Below, piece after piece: positions 1 through 12,189 of a DNA stretch of 64,000 nucleotides (its first letter is position 1; the number at the start of each line of letters is the position of its first letter). Both the position numbers and the translations under genes were made by a program. The DNA is taken from the NCBI RefSeq assembly GCF_001194135.2, contig NC_068984.1, forward strand, positions 32,361,978-32,425,977. Reading direction: 5' to 3'. This stretch comes from Octopus bimaculoides (lineage: Eukaryota). The notes beneath the pieces were generated by a model. That model made no database searches. It was not told the origin of the DNA and worked only from the letters and a program-made list of their open reading frames with translations.

Positions 1-129
1 CTCATCTACTGTATAGAACCATGGGAAAAAAAAGGAAAAAAAAAGAAACTCTTGATAATGATATTAAAATGACAATGATATATTAATAAAAGTAACAACA
101 ACAACAATAATATTCATGAAATTATTTAA

Positions 130-165
130 AATACTGTAATGATAATGATGATGATGATAATAATG

Positions 166-218
<53 letters not shown>
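130..218. repeat. (AAT/GAT)n microsatellite
   Basis: Run of aat with some gat units, seen directly. Confidence 0.95.
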
Positions 219-221
<3 letters not shown>

Positions 222-278
222 CTAACATCAGCATCAAGAAGAATATGAAACACAAATAGGTCTTGCTTAAAAATACAG

Positions 279-852
279 NNNNNNNNNNNNNNNNNNNNNN
301 NNNNNNNNNNNNNNNNNNNNNNNNNNNNNNNNNNNNNNNNNNNNNNNNNNNNNNNNNNNNNNNNNNNNNNNNNNNNNNNNNNNNNNNNNNNNNNNNNNNN
401 NNNNNNNNNNNNNNNNNNNNNNNNNNNNNNNNNNNNNNNNNNNNNNNNNNNNNNNNNNNNNNNNNNNNNNNNNNNNNNNNNNNNNNNNNNNNNNNNNNNN
501 NNNNNNNNNNNNNNNNNNNNNNNNNNNNNNNNNNNNNNNNNNNNNNNNNNNNNNNNNNNNNNNNNNNNNNNNNNNNNNNNNNNNNNNNNNNNNNNNNNNN
601 NNNNNNNNNNNNNNNNNNNNNNNNNNNNNNNNNNNNNNNNNNNNNNNNNNNNNNNNNNNNNNNNNNNNNNNNNNNNNNNNNNNNNNNNNNNNNNNNNNNN
701 NNNNNNNNNNNNNNNNNNNNNNNNNNNNNNNNNNNNNNNNNNNNNNNNNNNNNNNNNNNNNNNNNNNNNNNNNNNNNNNNNNNNNNNNNNNNNNNNNNNN
801 NNNNNNNNNNNNNNNNNNNNNNNNNNNNNNNNNNNNNNNNNNNNNNNNNNNN
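279..852. other. assembly gap (N run)
   Basis: N run, followed by (AT)n. Other gaps are listed separately. Confidence 1.
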
Positions 853-904
<52 letters not shown>

Positions 905-1719
905 TTATGCATGTATGTACATACACATACACACACACATGTGTGTGTGTACATAGATATCATTTCAGAAAATATTTGTTTACCAAAATATAACAGTAAA
1001 AGATATCACTAGTAAGGGTTGCGATATACAAATAAACCAATGATTGTAAGTGTCTGTGACAGACGAGCCTATTGTTGTTTAGCCTCAGGTCAGCCCCAAT
1101 AGATAGAGCTAGTCAAAACATTCCAGAATGTACAATCCCTTCTCTTTTTTTTTTTTATTTAAAGTAAATGTATCCTAGGCTACATTATTCAAAGTGTCCT
1201 TCCTTCCTTGAAGATGTTAGGGTTTCAATGTAAATAAATTTAGCAGCTCTTCCAGGCAGACTTGTTAGGACCTTAGACAAAATTCCAGGCAATATTTATT
1301 TTGTTATAAGTTTTAATATTACTGGGGTCAACGTTGCCTTGCGTCTATTTGGGACCAATAACTAATGTCCCAGTCCTATGCTATGGAACGATAAAGTCTT
1401 TAACAGCATCAGGTAGGATGCCTTGGGGATATTTGCTGTGGTTTTTTTAATATTCTGAGTTCAAATCCCACACTGATCTACATGATCACTGATTTATCCA
1501 TTGGTTTAGCATCACCACCAGATTCTTCAGTTCCTTTAATGATGTCCCACACTGTTGAAAGCATTCAGGCCAAGTGTCCATTTTGAGGTTACTTTTCTCT
1601 CTCCTTCCTTCTTGTGCATCAGGGAGATCCTTTAATAAGTCATAGGCTCTGCCATTGCCCCTAAACAAGAATTTTAATGAGCATATTGTATTTGGCTTAT
1701 ACTAGTGGGTAAGGTTACT

Positions 1720-2117
1720 AGTTTGTGAGGGCCTCATGGAGGCAATGTGACTAATGGTGGTATCATGTAACTAGCACTCATATTGGTAGTATGTAAAAAG
1801 TATCTTTCGAGCATTGGGCCTCTCAGAGGCAATGGAAATTACTGAGACCTTCAGCAATATGCTGTGCTTGAATAGAACATTCATTAAGTGAAGTGAAATC
1901 ATAGTCATGGCAGACAGTAATATCATGCAACTGGCACCCATGCCGCATGTAAAAACACCCAATACACTCTTGGAGTGGTTGGCATTAGGAAGGGCATCCA
2001 GCCGTAGAAACTATACCAAATCAGACAGGAGCCTGGTGCAGCCCCTCAGTTTGCCAACTCTGATCAAACCATCCAATCCATGCCAGCATGGACAACAGAT
2101 GCTAAATGATGATGATG
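1720..2117 (+). mobile_element. 5'-truncated RTE LINE 3' end / 3' UTR, ending in (GAT)n
   Basis: Shares ggagtggttggcattaggaagggcatccagc...catgccagcatgga...ttaaatgatgatgat with many other copies; the copy at 60278-60725 links this tail to an RTE ORF2 C-terminus. Confidence 0.8.
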
Positions 2118-2259
2118 CTTCAGTGAGAAAAGGACAATGTCCATGAGCTTCTTTACAAAACTTCTGTGACTGGTAGGGCGAAATAGGAAGACGCCAGGGA
2201 CCTAGTCCAAATGTGGACTGGAATTTGCTGAAGGTACACTTGGACTAAGTAGTAATAAA

Positions 2260-2360
2260 GATAGTGGTGCTGGTTATGGCTGTGGTGATAGTGGTGGTGC
2301 TGGTAGAGGTTGTAGTGGTAGTGGTGGTGCATTTGGTAGTGATCCTAGTGCTAGTGATAA
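2260..2360. repeat. degenerate (GGT/AGT)n trinucleotide repeat
   Basis: gtggtgctggttatggctgtggtgatagtggtggtgctggtagaggttgtagtggtagtggtggt. Confidence 0.7.
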
Positions 2361-2624
2361 ACAAACTAGCAAACTCAACCTACCACATATGAGCATCACC
2401 ATGCTTATTCACCAACGTTTATTTACACATATTTATCAAAGTAAAAGCTCTAATAATGAAGCTTCAAAACCTTTTATTGACTAAATTTACAACATGAACG
2501 AACAACATCTGGATTCATGTTGTGTTTATTTATATTTTTAAAGTCTTCTTGGTTTATGGGACCATTAGTTTTCAAATAATTTCAAATTGTTTCCTTCTCT
2601 GTGAAGCTTACTTTCTTCAGATCA

Positions 2625-2800
2625 GTGTTATCATCGCTTTAATGTCCACTTTTCCATGCTTGCATAGGCCAGATGGATTTCATTGCGGCAGACAGATTTT
2701 CAGTAGCAGAATGTTTTTCCTGTTATCAAGCCACGCCCATTTCCAAGTATCATAATATTTCCCCTTGACACGTTTTCACAAAAGACTGGAAACTAGAGAC
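2625..2800 (-). mobile_element. RTE-tail variant, diverged
   Basis: catcgctttaatgtccacttttccatgcttgcat... is the reverse complement of the same tail type as 4250-4435 (+). Confidence 0.55.
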
Positions 2801-2849
2801 ATCACTTGAATAACAGTGATGCTAGCTTACAAATAAACATATATGCATA

Positions 2850-3005
2850 TACATGCATGTATGTGTGTTTCCTTTTTCATCAAATACCCTCGCAAGGCTT
2901 TGACCAGTCCAGGCTTGTGTAGAAGACGCTCCCCTAAGGCGCCGTGCTGTGGAACTGAATTTGAAACTATGTGAAGAAGGAACCAAACTCCTTGCCACAC
3001 TTCCA
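2850..3005 (-). mobile_element. SINE family B, 5' head fragment
   Basis: gcaaggctttgaccagtccaggcttgtgtagaagac is the reverse complement of the head of the copies at 7551 and 53583. Confidence 0.6.
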
Positions 3006-3976
3006 TATTGATAATACAGAGAATATCTTCCGAAACTTTTGGTACAGTTTCTCATTAATTTTGAAGTTGTATGTATTTGGCAAACAATTTTATCTGCCCT
3101 CATGTAATGAAACTAAAGCAACTGCATCATCGTTGCTATATCATACACAGACCATTATATTTGTTTTTGTTTTATTTTGTCATACTATTACACATTATTA
3201 AGTATTAATGTCTTTCGTCATACCACTATGGTTTGATATTGATGCTCTAGTAATTAATTTGCAAATGTATGTTGAAAGACTTTGATGTTTAAATATATAT
3301 AATACTATTGCAAATTAAACAAAACTGAATATAACTATATGTGTATTTTGAATGCTCTCATGACTCTAACATGATGTCATTGTTCACTTTGAATTTTAAT
3401 TGAGTACTGATGGGAAAATATTTGCCATAGTAGACACTCGCTTTTGTTTTATTTAAACCACATAACTGTTTCTAATTATTTAAATTTAGTTGTTACCACC
3501 ACCATCACCACACACTACCACCCCCATCCTCAACGTTTTATGTCCATTTTCTGTCCTGGTATGAGTTGATGTAAATAGTCCACAGGTATTCTTTGCTGTT
3601 AGGAGTAATTATCTGTTTCATATAATTATAGTTTCAAATACTTGAATATTTTTAAATGTTTTTTTTAGATATATACACTGTTTTTTTGTTATAAAACAAG
3701 AGTAATTTGATGGTTGTTAGTTTTGTTTGGTGATCTTAAAAAGTGTTTCTTATTATGTAAACCATTTTATTTCCTGTGGCAAGAAGAAAATAATATTGTA
3801 TAAATTTTAATATGTCATTGAATTATCACTAATTGCTTCATTTATATTTAGTGTAAGTATATTTGTGTGGTTAAAAAGTTTGCTTCCCAAATACATGGCT
3901 ACTAGTTCAGTCTCGAAGCTGACCGAAGATTTCCGAGAGGAGCTGGTGAATGGAAACCAAAGAATTCCATGGTTAA

Positions 3977-4111
3977 TGTATGTATGTATGTATGTATGTA
4001 TGTATGTATGTATGTATGTATGTTCGTTCGTACATGCGTATGTATGTATGTATGTATATATATATGCGTGTATGTATGTATGTATGTATGTGTGTGTACG
4101 TATGTAAAGGT

Positions 4112-4152
<41 letters not shown>
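3977..4152. repeat. compound (TATG)n/(GA)n microsatellite
   Basis: Seen directly. Confidence 0.95.
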
Positions 4153-4156
<4 letters not shown>

Positions 4157-4249
4157 TGAATGGATTGTTGGATGGATGGATAAATGCATGTGTGGGGAGG
4201 AGATTGGTAAGTGTCTTGACATTGTGTGCATCACCATCACATTATCAAT

Positions 4250-4435
4250 GTCATTTGTTTCCAATCTTGTATGGAAATATGCCCTACGTTGGGAAAACGT
4301 TACCTTGCTTGGAAATACGTGAAAGTTGGAGAAAAGAAGGGCATCCAATTGTAGAAAATGTGCCTCAACAAATTCCTTATGACTCATGCAAATTTGGAAG
4401 GAAAATAGATGTTAAAATGATGATGGATATGAAGA
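4250..4435 (+). mobile_element. RTE-tail variant
   Basis: gggaaaacgttaccttgcttggaaat...gaagggcatcc...gatgttaaaatgatgatg; homologous to 2625-2800. Confidence 0.55.
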
Positions 4436-4759
4436 TGATGTACCAAGAGAAATTCTTGCCTTTCTTGGATATTGTTTTCTGGCAAGAAATCACACATTAC
4501 TAAAGAAATGAAGCTGCAGTGTAGACACATTTGGCTGTCTCATTGTACCCACTTTACAGTTCTTTCACTAATTTCATAAAAGAAATTGTTTGACTCTGTG
4601 AAGGATAATGATTGTGTGAAGCAAATGTACAAAATATGATTTTGCATGATAGAAAAACATGGATTTTTAATGCAGAATTAATTGTATGAAGAAATGAAGT
4701 ATGCATGTTTTTCTAGACATATACTGTCAATGTGCATGTGTATCAGAACACAAACTGAA

Positions 4760-5010
4760 AGAGAAACTGGATAAAAGTGGGAGCAGATGTAGCTGGTGAG
4801 TGAGAGGACTTAACATGTACTGGAATGCAATGATGGTAGTTGGGTAAAGAAGTGTTGAATAATCCAAGTGAAAGGAACTTACAGAATAGAAAAAGAAAAG
4901 ACATAAGAAGAAATTTTGGAAGCTTTTCGGTTGGTTTAATCTGATGAAAGATCACAAGTGATGAAAAGTTGTGTTTGACAAGACCCATACAACCTATGTG
5001 AGCTGCTGCT
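4760..5010 (-). mobile_element. decayed CR1/L2-like LINE 3' fragment (tentative)
   Basis: Minus strand is pyrimidine-rich and loosely resembles the fragments at 18370, 25640 and 48830. Confidence 0.3.
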
Positions 5011-6622
5011 GCTTCCAACTCTGCTGCTGCTGGTGATAACAACAACAATTACACCTCACTTTCTTTCTCAATAACAAAAAGACATGTATCTCTACTGCCG
5101 TAGCAAATTTAGCTTTACTTAGATATTTAGGTACCAAAACTTTACATAGAATGGCACTTGCAAGGTTTTCTTTGAAGACATAGTTGATTACTAACATTCA
5201 GTTTCTTTGTTTCATCAATTTTCCTTGCTTGCATGGGTTAGATTAATGGTATTACTGATTCCTTGCTAAAAGTTTCTCGTACAATCCCATAGGAAACTAC
5301 ATTAAAAATAGCAAGAAATACTTACATTTCTGATATTAACTTTTATCAACATCTAATTTACAGTAATTGTGAAGAGTGATTAGATAAGTGGCTGTACCTG
5401 CTACAACTGAATTAAACAAAGGGTTCAAGATGAGAATAAAATGATAAAATGGTGATTGACAGCACAAGCTTAATTATATATAAAGCATGTGTGTTCCATA
5501 GTAATCTTTATAAAAACTGTCAGCTAAATAAATCAAATTACGTAAGGATACAATAAGATGGATCTTTCTAGCACAATACCGGTTTAATTCAATAAGTTAA
5601 ACAGTTGGTATAGAACTAAGTTTATGCAAACTTCAGTTTGGAATATTTTAATAGTAAACATAATACATACATTTCAGCCAGAAATATTGTGTATGACAGA
5701 ATGAACTAAAAGTGAATATTAGAAATTTTTATGTGGGAGAAAGAAACATTAAAAGAAACTGCATTTGATGTGATTCTGAAAAGAAATATATCACACAATA
5801 CAGACACATGTTTGATTTCCTATTTTAAAAGTATTGTAAGACAGTTATATTATACAATACAGCGAAAAGTTTGATATGAAATTTGAAGAGAATTGCATAT
5901 CTAAGCAAAAAAATCTTCTGAAATTGTTGTCACATAGAGTGAGTTGCAAGTAAAAATTTGCAAACAAATTATGGTAACACACAAGCTTTGCTTTTTTGAC
6001 TAACAGAAGATGAACAGCGTTCTAGTAACATCTTCTCAGGTGTGGGTTCTGAACCACATTAAAAAGAAAGGTCGTTAAATTTAGAAAGGAATTCAATTAG
6101 GTAATCATGTGACAATTGTCCTTGATGGTATCACATGTTCTTAAGCACCACCCACTCGATCCGTGTGTTAAAAATCTATATTGAGTTAAACATCACTCAC
6201 AGACTTTTGGTAGTCTTGGGAGTATAGTATAAAGCATTTGTCTAATATGCCACACAATAAAAGTGAACCTTAAACCATGTGGTTATGAAGCAAATGATTT
6301 AGCCACACAGCTGCATGTAGATGTGTGTGTGCATGTACACACATATCTACACACACACATTAGAAGAAAAAAGTGAGGAAAAATTTCAAACAGATGCTAA
6401 TAAAGCAATCAATCTTAAGTGAATGTGATTAACTCTAGCCAAGAATTAGACACCAATAAATGCACGTGGAATACACATGCAAGGTAATTCTTTATGTATG
6501 ACAAGTAGAGCCAAGTATCATTCAGAAGAATTTCAAAAAATTCAGAGTATTAGAAGGAAAAAATGCAGATAGAGAAAATGACATCTTTAATGGTTGAATT
6601 CACCAGAGAAAGCCAACAATCA

Positions 6623-6859
6623 TTTCTTATTTCTTTATTGCCCACAAGGGGCTAAACATAGAAGGGACAAACAAGGACAGACAAACGGATTAAGTCGATT
6701 ATATCGACCCCAGTGCGTAACTAGTACTTATTTAATCGACCCAGGAAGGATGAAAGGCAAAGTCGACCTTGACGGAACTTGAACTCAGAACGTAGCGGCA
6801 GACGAAATACCGCTAAGCATTTCGCCTGGCGTGCTAACGTTTCTGCCAGCTCACTGCCT
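6623..6859 (-). mobile_element. SINE family A (tRNA-derived), full length
   Basis: Near-exact reverse complement of 28392-28620, including the head (gagctggcagaaacgttagc, gttctgagttcaa) and the aataaagaaat tail. Confidence 0.9.
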
Positions 6860-6869
6860 TATCTATTTT

Positions 6870-6990
6870 TTAGAGCAACGTGAGATGAAGTGTTTTGCTC
6901 AAGAGCACAACGCCTCACCCAGTCCAGGAATCAAAACCGCAATCTTACGTTCATGATGCTGACACCTTAACCACTAAGCCATGAGGCTCC
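6870..6990 (-). mobile_element. tRNA-SINE head fragment with gtgctcttgagcaaaacac core
   Basis: Same core as 32885-33247; A-box (tggcttagtgg) and B-box-like motifs on the minus strand. Confidence 0.6.
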
Positions 6991-7550
6991 ATGTGTATTT
7001 CTGTTGTATCGACATACTCAGATACAGAAAATATCACTCAGATTAATATATCTGAACATACATATTAACACAATGCTTTCAAGGTGATACAAAATTAGTT
7101 AAATTCAAAGTGAACTAAGAAAATATCTCTGGTACATGAATGCATACAAAAAAATGTATGGCTGTATATATTCTAAAATATATTTACACTAGTATAAGTA
7201 ACCCGTATTTGTTCAAATCTATATACACCAACTTGCATGCATAATTTCACACATTCACACATAAGCACAGTAACAAACACACCCTACCATATACACATAA
7301 TCAAATATCCATACATTTTCAAAATATCCCCTGCATTATTTTATCACATAAATCTTAGCTCTTCTTTCAGGTGTCATTTGCTATCCATTCATTATCATCA
7401 TTAAGATTCATAACCCAGCTGTAAACTTTACCATAAACCAAAGCTAATTAACTTCTCTAACTATATCTATTAATTAGATATGATTTTCTTTACCCTTAAG
7501 AAATAACTACATCAAGTATAACCAAGCATTTTTCACACATATACATGTAT

Positions 7551-7956
7551 AGGTGCAGATGTGGCTGTGTGGAAAGAAGCGTGTTTCCCAACCACATGGC
7601 TCCAGGTTCAGTCCTACTGCATGGTGCCTTGGGCAAGTGTCTTCTACTAGAGCCTCAGGCCGACCAAAGCCTTGTGAGTGGATTTCGTAGACTGAAGCTG
7701 AAAGAAGTCCGTTGTATATATATATATGTATGTGCGTGTGTTTGTGTCTGTGTTTGTCCCCCCCCCACCATTACTTGACAACCGATGTTGGTGTGTTTAC
7801 ATCCTCATAACATAGCGACTTAGCACACAAGAGAACGATAGAACAAGTACTAGGCTTACAAAGAATAAGTCTTGGGGTTGATTTCTTCAACTATAAAAGG
7901 TGATGCTCCAGCAAGGCCACAGCCAAATGAGTGAAACAAGTAAAAGAATGAAAGAA
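7551..7956 (+). mobile_element. SINE family B (tRNA-derived), full length
   Basis: gtggctgtgtgg...ggttcagtcc head, internal (TA)/(TG) tract, tail gcttacaaagaataagtc...gaaacaagtaaaagaat; collinear with 53583-53954. Confidence 0.88.
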
Positions 7957-8269
7957 TATGCACACATCTCTTCACACACCTGTCACTTGCTTTACAGCAT
8001 TTACCTTTGAAAACTAACACTAGTCTAAAATTTTAGAAACAGCTTGCCATTCTACATGAATGCAGCCATACATGCATACACAGATGAACTCCAACATATT
8101 TTCAATAAACATCTATGAACAACCTATTGATCTTTTCCCTCAAAATTTACTATTAAATGTCAGTGTTTGAGCTCACTGCCATATGTACTTTAATTTTATA
8201 TTCTATTATTCTCTTTATTCATTGAAGTTCCATATTTTTCTCGTGTACTATTCCTTGAGTACACATGCA

Positions 8270-8333
8270 CAATCACACACACACGCACACATATACACAT
8301 GCAGGAGCACACACACATGCACGCACACACACA

Positions 8334-8375
<42 letters not shown>
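8270..8375. repeat. (CA)n microsatellite, imperfect
   Basis: Seen directly. Confidence 0.95.
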
Positions 8376-8376
<1 letters not shown>

Positions 8377-9008
8377 CAAGGGTGCTGGTCACACTTTATA
8401 GAAAAATGTTCACACTTGACATCTAAAAGAATCGTTTAGTGTAGTGACAGACTCATCTCAGGACACAGAAAGATACCCCACACACATGCACACAATTAAT
8501 TAACACCATCGAACACTTAAATTTTCTATGCTAAATGGAAAAATGAAATAAACCAAAAAAAACTCAAGTAGGTGGAAACAAATTAATATTTAACAAAATC
8601 TCTACACATATAGACAATTTTTGTAAGCTATAAGGAACTCCAGTCTAGGAATGCTTTATCATGCAAAGTACTACTGCAAAAATATGGTAATAAAAAGGGC
8701 TAAAACAATTTGACCACATTCCTATTGAAATACAGTCTTTGTTTCAATCAATTTTAAAATAATGAAGAACTTAATAAAATGACTGATTATTAAGCTGGAG
8801 TTTTGAACAATTTTGCATGTAATTTTGATCACTTTGAAATAGGAAATTTAAAGTGATCTAAATCAAGTTTGTACCATACAAAGAGTCTAAGATGTGCTGC
8901 TATGATAAGGCTCTTAATAGGAACAAAATTACTTGATGCTGTGAGCCATTAACCTTTCCTATTACTTCAATGTTTGCGTGTGAGCAATATATATAATATT
9001 CTGATTTA

Positions 9009-9210
9009 AAGTGGCAAGGTGGCAGAATCGTTAACATGCTGGGCAAAATACTTTGTGGCATTTTGTCTGTCTTTGCGTTCTGAGTTCAAATTCTGCTGAG
9101 GTCGACTATGCCTTTTATCCTTTTGGGGTTGATAAAATAAGCACCAGTAATGAACTTATTCCTCACCACCACGAAATTACTGGCCTTGTGCCAAACATTG
9201 GAACCAATAT
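9009..9210 (+). mobile_element. SINE family A-related, diverged
   Basis: gtggcagaatcgttaacatgctgggcaaaat...gttctgagttcaaattctgctgaggtcgact. Confidence 0.75.
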
Positions 9211-9470
9211 ATAATATCATCATCATCATCATCATTTAGTCTGCTTTCCATGTTGGCATGGGTTGGATGGTTTGACAAGAGAAACATGGTTATATAGCGG
9301 TGGTGGGGGAAACAGGATAAAAATGATACAGTGAGCAGGGCAGCAAAAACAGGATTGGGGCAGGGCAGATATAAGCATGAGCGTAGTGCATGAAAAGGAG
9401 GAAATGTGAAGAAGAGAAGAGATGTAGTTTGGTTTGATGGGGGTAAGGTGTGCAAAATTTTTTATATATT

Positions 9471-9506
<36 letters not shown>

Positions 9507-9762
9507 NNNNNNNNNNNNNNNNNNNNNNNNNNNNNNNNNNNNNNNNNNNNNNNNNNNNNNNNNNNNNNNNNNNNNNNNNNNNNNNNNNNNNNNNNNNNNN
9601 NNNNNNNNNNNNNNNNNNNNNNNNNNNNNNNNNNNNNNNNNNNNNNNNNNNNNNNNNNNNNNNNNNNNNNNNNNNNNNNNNNNNNNNNNNNNNNNNNNNN
9701 NNNNNNNNNNNNNNNNNNNNNNNNNNNNNNNNNNNNNNNNNNNNNNNNNNNNNNNNNNNNNN
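9507..9762. other. assembly gap (N run)
   Basis: N run. Confidence 1.
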
Positions 9763-9776
9763 GTGTATATATCAAC

Positions 9777-9995
9777 ATCTGAGTGTGGGTGATGCCAGTA
9801 CTGACTGACTGGCCCTCATGCCAGTGGCACGTAAAAGCACCCACTACACTCTTGGAGTGGTTAGCATTAAGAAGGGCATCCAGCTGTAGAAACATTGCCA
9901 GATCAGATTGGAGACTTGTGCAGCCTTCTGGCTTGCCAGCCCTCAGTCAAACCGTTCAACTCATGCCAGCATGGAAAACGGATGTTAAATGATGA

Positions 9996-10000
<5 letters not shown>
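9777..10000 (+). mobile_element. RTE LINE 3' end
   Basis: Family tail ending ggatgttaaatgatgatgat. Confidence 0.8.
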
Positions 10001-10057
<57 letters not shown>

Positions 10058-10058
<1 letters not shown>

Positions 10059-10520
10059 ATCACAATCATCATCCTCCTTTAACATCCATTATCCATGCTG
10101 GCATGGGTTGGACAGTTTGACCAGAGCTGGTGAGCAAGAGAGCTGCACTCAGTTGGTTCCAGTCTGATTTGGCTTGGTTTCTATGGCTGGATGCCCTTCA
10201 TAATGCCAATCACTTTACAGTGTATGCTGGGTGCTTTTAATGAGGCACAAGCATAAGCGCTTTTACTTGGCAGCACCACGAGTGCTTTTTACATGGCACC
10301 AGTACAGAGCTCTTGCAGGTTAGTCCTCTTCATTAGAGAGAGTGGCATTAACACTTTTGCTGTGGTGGAGAGGTCATCTTGAGTGCAGCAAGGCACCAGA
10401 TATCTTGGTCCTTTCTGATCTCATGTGTAAGTTTCAGTGTCCTGAGGTTGTCATTCAGTATTTTGTCCCATGTTTCCCTGGGGCTCCCACTCACACGAAT
10501 TTGATATATGTCTCTTTTAC
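10058..10520 (-). mobile_element. RTE LINE 3' end with decayed ORF2 C-terminus
   Basis: The minus frame reads GSPRETWDKILNDNLRTLKLTHEIRKDQDIWCLAALK, like the RTE GRPRKTW...DL...DR..W motif, then the family tail. Confidence 0.75.
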
Positions 10521-10659
10521 TTGTTTCAGTCATTAAACTGTGGCCTTGATGAATTTTTGTCAAACAAATCAATCCTAGTACTTATTTTCCCAATTACTTT
10601 TGCTGAACTGCCAAGTTACAGGAATGTAAACACACCAACATTGGTTGTGAAACAGTAGG

Positions 10660-10890
10660 ACAGTAGTGAAAAACACTGACACAAAGACACACATACACAC
10701 ATATAGACATATGTAAGTATATGTGTGTGTGCATGCATGTGTGTGCATGCGTGTGTGTGTGTGTGTGCATATACTTGACTGGCTTCTTTCAGTTTCCATC
10801 TGCCAAACCCACTCAAAAATGTTTGGTCTGCCCAAGGCTGTATTAGAAGACACTTGCCCAAGGAGCTAATCAGTGGGACTGAACCTGGAA
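10660..10890 (-). mobile_element. SINE family B, partial
   Basis: cttctttcagtttccatctgccaaacccactcaaaa...gaagacacttgcccaagg is the reverse complement of the family B head and body. Confidence 0.7.
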
Positions 10891-11441
10891 CCAGTGAAAG
10901 ATATAATCATATAGTCTAAAATAAACAAACAAGCTATTCAGGCAAACTTAATTATTATCTTTGTTTACAATTGAAAACAAATCAACACTTAAAAGGCAAT
11001 TAACTTTTTCTTACATCATATATCAATGTTAGTAATAATTAACCACAATTTCTTTCACTTACACACACACACACACGTGTATGTATCACTTATTTTTCTT
11101 AGTAGTTAATTTACTCATGCTCATTGTGTTTCGTTGATTATTTCTTCAATTGTTTCTTTCTTATCTGTTTTATTTCTAATCAATTTCCCGTTTTTACTTT
11201 TTAACTCTATTACCCTATCTCCTTTCTTCTGCATCATTTCTTTACTGATAACTACTTGACACAGTTTTTATGCTATTAGTTTGCCTCATAGCTTGTTCTT
11301 TATTCATGATTTTTGAATAGATTCTGAATTCAAGATTTTTCACATTCTCATCTAATTTCCTGAAGATAGCTACAGGTGTTGCTGAGAGCAAAACAATCCT
11401 CTCTTTAGATACTTTCCCTTTGATTCCTGTTTAACTAAGAT

Positions 11442-11446
<5 letters not shown>

Positions 11447-11524
<78 letters not shown>
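11447..11524. repeat. (TG)n microsatellite
   Basis: Seen directly. Confidence 0.98.
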
Positions 11525-11526
<2 letters not shown>

Positions 11527-11528
<2 letters not shown>

Positions 11529-11740
11529 GTGGTGAGCTGGCAGAATTGGTAGCATACTGGTCAAAATTCTTAGTGGCATTTCGTCCGTCTTTATGTTCTG
11601 AATTCAAATTCTGTCATGGTTGATTTTGCATTTCATCCTTTTGGGGTCAGTAAAACAGGTACCAGCTGAGTATGAGGTTGATCTAATTGACCTGCTCTTT
11701 CCCCCAAAATTGTTGGCTTCATGCCAAAACTTTAAAGATA
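11527..11740 (+). mobile_element. SINE family A-related, diverged
   Basis: gtgagctggcagaattggtagcatactgg...gttctgaattcaaattc. Confidence 0.75.
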
Positions 11741-12051
11741 TATGTGTGGGGCGGGGTGGGGAACAATTATGGATTAGATGGCCATTGGTATATTTACACT
11801 AAAGAACCAAGAAATTTTAATTGATTAAAACTACACACTAAATAAAAAAATGAGAATCGTTACCTCAGTATCTAATTCTGTTTAACACATGTAGGGAAGA
11901 TAATTCCAGAGTTGAAATAATCACAGCTAAAGCTGAATGCAGTGGCAGGGAGTGATTCTCGCTTTGAAAACAAACTATTTGATCACATCATTATGATTTT
12001 AAATAAGTGTGTGTGTGAGTGTATATGTGGTGTAGGATGTTTGTGTGTGTG

Positions 12052-12086
<35 letters not shown>

Positions 12087-12156
12087 CTGTGTATATGTAT
12101 ACACACACACAAACACATACGCACATATATTTATGTACATATATACATATATACAT

Positions 12157-12187
<31 letters not shown>

Positions 12188-12189
12188 TA

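Noticed and set aside
64-1012. Long ORFs of 220-300 aa in the track (also at 9.4-9.9, 33.2-34.0, 39.4-40.1 and 53.9-54.8 kb)
   Set aside because: They are open only because they run through N gaps and microsatellites.
2206-2483. Gly/Ser-rich open frame
   Set aside because: Explained by a degenerate (GGT/AGT)n repeat; no start codon or splice support.
4156-4503. ORF ending EKFLPFLDIVF, resembling the Penelope LPFLD motif
   Set aside because: The underlying DNA is an RTE-tail variant plus flank, and no other PLE motifs are present nearby.
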